Part shown: piece by piece, positions 58,669 through 64,000 of the stretch | How the letters are laid out: each line of letters begins with the position of its first letter | How positions within the stretch are numbered: the first letter of the stretch is position 1 | DNA from: Candidatus Doudnabacteria bacterium | GTDB taxonomy: Bacteria; Patescibacteriota; JAQUNI01 | Assembly: GCA_041644975.1 (NCBI GenBank) | Contig: JBAZQX010000001.1 | Coordinates: 103,274-167,273 of the forward strand | DNA: 64,000 bases | Direction of reading: 5' to 3' | Notes under the pieces: generated by a model | Databases searched by the model: none | What the model was told of the DNA's origin: nothing | The model's input: only the letters and a program-made list of their open reading frames with translations | Translations under genes and position numbers: made by a program

Positions 58669-59559
58669 TTATTTAAACGCCAAAATCGTCAACCCAAAGG
58701 TAATCAGAACTATGGCGATAATTTTTTGCACTTTTTGATTTTGAAATTCCTCGGAAAAAAGGGCAGGAATTTTTTTCGATAGAATCAAAGCGATGATCAG
58801 GAGAAAAATGTATTGGACCCCTTGAAGAGCGTTTACTATAATGACCGAGGAAAGAAAAATAGCATAATTCAGCATTATCGCGGAAAGGGCGGCAATAACG
58901 CGAATACCCAGATAGCTTAAGCCTACCTTCCTCCCCGCTTTTTGAGGCGCTTTTTTAATTTTTTTACGCCAAGCAGGTATCAAAAAGATAGACAATGCCA
59001 GAGCGAGACTCCCTACTTTAATCCAGATAAATCCTACCCAAAACGGGGCCAGATTATAGACATATTTAGTAAGAATAAAGGAAGTCGCAAAACAAAAAGC
59101 GGCAGCCAAGCCATACATTACGCCTTGCCTGGAGAAAAGGTTGCGGCGGCGGCGTTCGGCGGTAATCAAAATACCCCCTAGGATTAAAAGATAAAAAGCA
59201 ATAAATTGATCTCGGTTTAATTTTTCCTGTAAGAAGATGGAACTTAAAACAAAAGTAAAGAGCGGCACCATTGTGCCAATAAAAGGGATGATGCGGGAGG
59301 TTGGATTTTTTTCAATCGCCGAAAAAAAGGAGATGAGAGCAATAACAAAAAAAGCGCCAGCGGCAAGGGCGGCGATGACAACTTTCCCTCCCGGCATCTG
59401 CCAAGCGAGGGGAAATAAAAATATAGCCAATCCCCCCAAAAGGCCGTTATAAAAAGCGTAGGCTAAAGGAGATTTAACTTCGCGGGATAAAATATATTTG
59501 TCGCCTACGGAGACAATAGCGTAAAGGAGATGAGCGGCGATAACTAAGAGAAGCCACAT
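58669..59559 (-). CDS. EamA/DMT family transporter
   Basis: About ten TM helices in two repeats; SIFLQEKL. Confidence 0.85.
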   Translation of the reverse strand: MWLLLVIAAHLLYAIVSVGDKYILSREVKSPLAYAFYNGLLGGLAIFLFPLAWQMPGGKVVIAALAAGAFFVIALISFFSAIEKNPTSRIIPFIGTMVPLFTFVLSSIFLQEKLNRDQFIAFYLLILGGILITAERRRRNLFSRQGVMYGLAAAFCFATSFILTKYVYNLAPFWVGFIWIKVGSLALALSIFLIPAWRKKIKKAPQKAGRKVGLSYLGIRVIAALSAIMLNYAIFLSSVIIVNALQGVQYIFLLIIALILSKKIPALFSEEFQNQKVQKIIAIVLITFGLTILAFK

Positions 59560-59634
59560 AATATTTCATTGTTTCATTGCTTCATTGTTAAAATTGAATA
59601 ACAACTGAATAATCGTGCAATGGGAGCAATGGAG

Positions 59635-60822
59635 TTAGGTGGTGTATTGTTTAATAATGTCAGTATAAACTTGAGCTGAAGGACGAACAGTCCTTTTCTG
59701 GGTCTCATAATCAATTCCAATTAAACCAAAACGTGGTGAAAATCCGCGCGCCCATTCAAAATTGTCCATTAAGGACCAATGAAAATAACCGCGAACATCA
59801 ATATTTTGAGCTATTGCCTTTTGGATCATCTTAATATGTTTAGTGATGAATCGGGCGCGGTATTTATCCTTGCAATCCGCCAAGCCATTTTCGGTGATAT
59901 AAATGGGCAAATTAATTTTTTTTAATTCCCATAAAATCTGATATAAACCCTCGGGGTATATCTCCCATCCTAAATCCGAGATTGCATTGTTTTGTGTGTC
60001 AGAGGTGGTATTTTCCATTTTATAGAAAGGGGGCGCTAATTGAGCTTGAATTTTATAATGGAAATAATAGTTAATGCCTAGGAAATCGTGGCACCCTTTT
60101 GTTTTTTTGTAAAATTCATTATTCCAAAATTTTTTTGCTATCTCGCAAGCTAATTTGTCTAAGGGCGAGCTAGCGGCGTCAAAATAAATATAATTCTTCG
60201 CAATCCCTACTTGGGCTTCGGGGAGAAGCGCGTGAATTTTTTTGTAGGCTTGCTTGTGGCACTCCGTAAGTCTGTTGATAACCTTTTTATATTGCCAGAA
60301 GCTTTTTTTACCCGGCGGCCAGTCGCCTGCTAGATAGCCGTGGCTAGCAAAAACGTTTGGTTCATTGATGGTGATCCAGAAATCAACATAGTCAGAGAAT
60401 TTTTTGACCACTAATTCCGTAAAACGGGTGAAATAAAAGACGCTTTTGGGATGCAAAAATCCTCCCTTTTTCGCAAGCCATAAAGGCAGGGTGAAATGAT
60501 GGAGGGTGAGCATTACCTTGAGGCCTTTTTCTCTCAAGGCTTTGAATACCCGCAGGTAGTGATTAATTTCCTTGGTGTTAAAATTGCCTTCTTGAGGTTC
60601 AAGGCGGCTCCATTCAATAGATAAACGGTGGGCATTGTGATTCAAATCTTTTGCTCGCTCAAAATCTTCTTGAAATAGATTATAGTGATTACAGGCGAGC
60701 CCTGAAGATTCTAGCCCTCTTTTTTGTTCCCATTCCCACCAGTCATTGTTGTAATTACCGCCTTCTACCTGATGTGCCGAAGTCGCTGCACCCCATAAGA
60801 AGTTGGGAGGAAAACGGAGCAT
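59635..60822 (-). CDS. Glycoside hydrolase family 1 (beta-glucosidase)
   Basis: FLWGAATSAHQVEG, RLSIEWSR, TINEP, ITENG, WSLMDNFEW. Confidence 0.95.
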   Translation of the reverse strand: MLRFPPNFLWGAATSAHQVEGGNYNNDWWEWEQKRGLESSGLACNHYNLFQEDFERAKDLNHNAHRLSIEWSRLEPQEGNFNTKEINHYLRVFKALREKGLKVMLTLHHFTLPLWLAKKGGFLHPKSVFYFTRFTELVVKKFSDYVDFWITINEPNVFASHGYLAGDWPPGKKSFWQYKKVINRLTECHKQAYKKIHALLPEAQVGIAKNYIYFDAASSPLDKLACEIAKKFWNNEFYKKTKGCHDFLGINYYFHYKIQAQLAPPFYKMENTTSDTQNNAISDLGWEIYPEGLYQILWELKKINLPIYITENGLADCKDKYRARFITKHIKMIQKAIAQNIDVRGYFHWSLMDNFEWARGFSPRFGLIGIDYETQKRTVRPSAQVYTDIIKQYTT

Positions 60823-60929
60823 AAAAATTCAAAAATTAAAATTAAAAATGTAAAATTGCAATGCAAAATTAAAAATTTTGAATTTTAAGTTGTAATTTTT
60901 CATTTTGCATTTTTAATTTTTAATTTTAT
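60823..60929. repeat. Degenerate inverted heptamer array
   Basis: AAAATTC/AAAATTA/AAAATGT units then TAATTTT/TCATTTT/GCATTTT units; same family as 10092-10190. Confidence 0.7.
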
Positions 60930-61124
60930 CTAGATTCCCCGAAACAACGCCCCTAAGATTAGAAGCAATGGCGCTCCCATTAATGCCCACATCCCCACTT
61001 CAAAATTTACTTTATAGAAAGGCAGGGGTAAAATAGTCCCGAAGATTCCTGTCAAAAGTAAGCCTAAAGCAGCAATCATTGTAATTAAACGCGGGGGGCT
61101 AATTAACTTTTTTAGGCTTTTCAT
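60930..61124 (-). CDS. Small two-TM protein
   Basis: MKSLKKLISPPRLITM...; ATGA overlap with the upstream ORF. Confidence 0.6.
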   Translation of the reverse strand: MKSLKKLISPPRLITMIAALGLLLTGIFGTILPLPFYKVNFEVGMWALMGAPLLLILGALFRGI

Positions 61125-61366
61125 ATTTTTTTCAATATTGATCCTGACAGAAGTATTACCGTAGAAATAATTAATAAAGAAATTATCAGGATGTCGGGGA
61201 AAGAGAACAAAAAATAACCCACCACTCCGGCAGCCCAAAAGAGAATGCTGAAAATTAAAGTCAACAGCTTTGGAGGGTCGGGATGACTTTGAACCAAAAC
61301 CCAAAAAATCCGCAGATTTTTTGGGACACCTCGGTGTTTAGAGAATAAATTTTCCTTTTTTTTCAC
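61121..61366 (-). CDS. Small membrane protein
   Basis: Two TM segments; N-terminus includes a CCAAAAAATC...GATTTTTTGG palindrome. Confidence 0.55.
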   Translation of the reverse strand: MKKKENLFSKHRGVPKNLRIFWVLVQSHPDPPKLLTLIFSILFWAAGVVGYFLFSFPDILIISLLIISTVILLSGSILKKI

Positions 61367-61372
61367 CGGATT

Positions 61373-62170
61373 TTAGAAACTAAAACCAGTTTTCATTAAT
61401 TCGTCTACTTCGGCTTTAATTTCGAATGGATAATTTTTTAGTTTGTTCTTAACATCCTCCGTGACAATAGAGGTAACTACTTCTGAATCTTCAGGCATTT
61501 TAAGCTTACTAAATTCGTTACCCGCGGCTTGAATGTCGGAACCTAATTTAGTTAACGCTTTCATATCATTCTTACGAATAGCGTCGGTCATTTGTACTAA
61601 GATTTGATCAAACTTTTCCAACATTTGGATCATTTGAATATGAACATCCTTGTAAATTTCCGGGGGATTAGTTTTATTTAGTTTGCCTAAGCTTTCAGTT
61701 AATGTGTTGTGCATCTTGTCAAAAACAGCAATCGCTTCTGCGGGGGTATTAGCTTTGGAATTACCCATGGATTGAAAAGAGGATCCAATTTCCATCCATA
61801 TCTTTCCGTATTCTGTCCACGTAATCATTTTTGCTGCGGTGTCGCGAGCCATCGTGAAATATTCTTTCATTTTTGCTTCCAGAGCCTTTGCCTTTCTAGG
61901 CGCTTTCAGGGCGTTAAGTTGGTACAATTGATTTTCGGAGTCAGTTTTAACGACCATTATTTCAGTCTGCATTTCATCTGGGGTTTTATTTTCTGTTTTG
62001 ATGTCCAACTTTTCCCATGTCCATTTACTGTTGCTATCTTTCATTATTAAACTTACTTGTTCAGCGTAAGATCTGGTTTGTACTCCTTTTTGCCAGGTAT
62101 AAGCTGTGACTCCTCCTCCGACCGCAAGGACGGCAGCAACAGCAATACCAATGATGAGAGGTTTTTTCAT
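61373..62170 (-). CDS. Membrane-anchored/secreted alpha-helical protein
   Basis: N-terminal TM/signal; helical repeats (LNALKAP, LNKTNPP). Confidence 0.75.
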   Translation of the reverse strand: MKKPLIIGIAVAAVLAVGGGVTAYTWQKGVQTRSYAEQVSLIMKDSNSKWTWEKLDIKTENKTPDEMQTEIMVVKTDSENQLYQLNALKAPRKAKALEAKMKEYFTMARDTAAKMITWTEYGKIWMEIGSSFQSMGNSKANTPAEAIAVFDKMHNTLTESLGKLNKTNPPEIYKDVHIQMIQMLEKFDQILVQMTDAIRKNDMKALTKLGSDIQAAGNEFSKLKMPEDSEVVTSIVTEDVKNKLKNYPFEIKAEVDELMKTGFSF

Positions 62171-62214
62171 TTTTTTGTTTTAATTTATTAGATATTTTAT
62201 AATCAGAGTTTGGA

Positions 62215-62306
62215 AATATTGTTCGGCCTTCTCCGACCATAGTCGATTGAAAGCTAACTATAGGTCGGAAAAAGTTGCGAATCAATTTTTGCCTTTTCCT
62301 TAATAT
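62215..62306 (-). ncRNA. Candidate c-di-GMP-I (GEMM)-like structured leader
   Basis: GGAAAAGGCAAA-short-CGCAA-long hairpin with CCUAUAG/CUAUGG-GCCGA. Confidence 0.4.
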
Positions 62307-62308
62307 GA

Positions 62309-62337
62309 ATTATAAAACTTTAATGAAGCAATGTCAA
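62309..62337 (-). promoter_or_regulatory. Consensus sigma70 promoter
   Basis: TTGACA (62337-62332), 17 nt, TATAAT (62314-62309). Confidence 0.85.
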
Positions 62338-62831
62338 ACTTCACCCTTCTTTGCGGTGGGGTAGTTGACGGAATGACTAATTACTCCTCCTTCAGAATTG
62401 AAACTAAATTCCCCTTGTACATTTTCTCCCGCTAAGACTTTGGGAAGCCAGTAAGGATCATCAGCCCACATCCGAGGGTATGGAATTGCGTTCATCGGTA
62501 TCCACTGGGGTTTCATTTCATCTGATTCTTGGGGTTCGCCTTCCCATTTATAGATAAGAAAAACATGCACTTCTTGGTTCCAATCTTTATGATCAGAAGC
62601 GAAAAATTTTAAAGTCGCTTTTTGCGCGTAGTTTAACGGTTTGACTCCGATTTCTTCCATTGTTTCGCGGACCAAGGCTTCTTCAATAGTTTCTCCCTCT
62701 TTTTCTTTAACTTTACCGCCAAAACCATTAAATTTTCCTTGACCGAGGCCTCTTTTTTTCATCGCGAGGAGAATTTGGTCGCCTTTAATAAGATAAGCCA
62801 GGGTTGTTTTTCTTAAGTTTTGGTTGCTCAT
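62334..62831 (-). CDS. 8-oxo-dGTP diphosphatase (MTH1/MutT-like NUDIX)
   Basis: LLAMKKRGLG.GKFNGFGGKV, ETIEEALVRETMEEIG, ESDEM.P.W, MWADD.YWLP. Confidence 0.9.
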   Translation of the reverse strand: MSNQNLRKTTLAYLIKGDQILLAMKKRGLGQGKFNGFGGKVKEKEGETIEEALVRETMEEIGVKPLNYAQKATLKFFASDHKDWNQEVHVFLIYKWEGEPQESDEMKPQWIPMNAIPYPRMWADDPYWLPKVLAGENVQGEFSFNSEGGVISHSVNYPTAKKGEV

Positions 62832-62851
62832 AAATTTGTCATATATGCCGA

Positions 62852-63394
62852 TTAAATGATAAACACGGCGGCGGCAATAGTGGTTGTCCAGAGCCCGTAT
62901 TTATCGCCTTCCGCAGACTGCACGACATTGGTAGTTTTAAAAATTTTACCGCTCGCTTTATAAATTTGTTTCCTTCCATCCCACGCCATCGCCGCGTTAA
63001 ATTTCAATCCTAAAGTCGTGGCTAACATCGTCGCGGCTAAATCCTCGGCATAATCCCCCGCTTTCTTGGCTGTTTCACCAAAAGAATGGTGCTCGGAAAG
63101 ATAACCGTAACCGGTTTGATTCATCGGGAGAGCCAAACCAACGGCGGAGGAAATCAGCCGATTGGGTTCATTAGTATCGCTGCGTGCCATTACGACAAAA
63201 GTAATTTGACCGGGTTTCAGCATTGATAATCCTTTGGGCGTAGAAACCAGTTTGCATTTAGGCGGAAAGATACTGGAAACATTCACGAGGTTGCATTTTT
63301 CAATTCCGCCTTTACGGAGCGCTAGTTCAAAAGAAGCTAAGTGATCTTTATGTGTACCAACTCCTTTGGTAAAGAAACAGTATTCGGGGATCAT
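62852..63394 (-). CDS. pdaD: Pyruvoyl-dependent arginine decarboxylase
   Basis: SFELALR..GI...NLVNVS|SIFPP cleavage site, [21 protein letters not shown]. Confidence 0.93.
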   Translation of the reverse strand: MIPEYCFFTKGVGTHKDHLASFELALRKGGIEKCNLVNVSSIFPPKCKLVSTPKGLSMLKPGQITFVVMARSDTNEPNRLISSAVGLALPMNQTGYGYLSEHHSFGETAKKAGDYAEDLAATMLATTLGLKFNAAMAWDGRKQIYKASGKIFKTTNVVQSAEGDKYGLWTTTIAAAVFII

Positions 63395-63410
63395 ATCTAT
63401 TTTTTTAATA

Positions 63411-63998
63411 TTAGATGAGATTAACGTTAAAACGTTTTAAACTTTGGGCAAGCTCCGACATGGGGAGTCCCACGACATTGGAATAATCTCCTTCAATTTT
63501 TTTAATTAAAAGTTCGCCCAAATTTTGAATAGCGTAAGCGCCTGCTTTATCTAATGGTTTTTCAGATTGAATGTAGTTTTCAATTTCTTTTTTGGAAAGA
63601 TTGCGGAAATAGACTTTTGTTTCCACAACTTTAGAAACAGTTTTTTTATTTTTAGTGTCCAGAATTGTAAAGCCGGTAAAGACCGAATGCTTTTTATTGT
63701 TTAACAATTGAAGCATTCTATGGGCGTGTTTTAAGGTTTTGGGTTTACCCAAGATTTTATCTTGATAAACAACCAGCGTGTCCGCGGCAATAATAATCGC
63801 GTTTGGGTGTTTTTTAGCCGCCGCCTTTGCTTTTTTAAGCGACAAAAATTTTACCAGCTTTTTAGGTTCTAGTTCGGGATTGATTTTTTCTGTGTAACCG
63901 CTGTCTTCCGCTTCAAATTTTAGCCCGATTTTTTCCAAAAGTTCTCTGCGCCGCGGCGAATTGGAAGCAAGGATAATTTTGCGCATATTTTTTGACAT
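63411..63998 (-). CDS. maf: Maf nucleoside triphosphate pyrophosphatase
   Basis: [40 protein letters not shown]. Confidence 0.95.
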   Translation of the reverse strand: MSKNMRKIILASNSPRRRELLEKIGLKFEAEDSGYTEKINPELEPKKLVKFLSLKKAKAAAKKHPNAIIIAADTLVVYQDKILGKPKTLKHAHRMLQLLNNKKHSVFTGFTILDTKNKKTVSKVVETKVYFRNLSKKEIENYIQSEKPLDKAGAYAIQNLGELLIKKIEGDYSNVVGLPMSELAQSLKRFNVNLI

Positions 63999-64000
63999 AT

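Overview
AT-rich, gene-dense bacterial DNA, genetic code 11, with most genes on the minus strand. Gene content and style (few Shine-Dalgarno sites, short ValS, group 3b [NiFe]-hydrogenase, PEP-mobile-domain proteins, many short palindromes) suggest a Patescibacteria/CPR genome; this is inference. Contents: two surface-glycan regions (about 1-14 kb and 19-34 kb: MurJ, nucleotide-sugar enzymes, GT2/GT4, Wzx, O-antigen ligase, Wzz, dTDP-rhamnose genes), a broken cobalamin-type ECF uptake pair, mtnP-apt, a yerC/hisR-hisG operon, a three-gene SD-led island, valS, alr-ddl, a hydrogenase operon with a pilin gene inside, trxB-mutM, an rtcB/PEP-mobile/HD cluster, small redox proteins, GH genes, pdaD and maf. 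Best candidate for a new system: a TrpR-family repressor gene whose own His-His-containing 3' end appears to act as the leader peptide of a four-segment attenuator before hisG, with tandem HisR-type operators over its promoter. Other highlights: YqeK-RmlD and Phd-like-RmlA fusions, an unannotated 46-aa, 10-Cys metallothionein-like gene, a c-di-GMP-I-like RNA with a truncated P2, and a MITE-like element inserted in frame in a prepilin leader. No rRNA, tRNA or CRISPR array was recognised. All product calls come from motif recognition by eye, not database searches.
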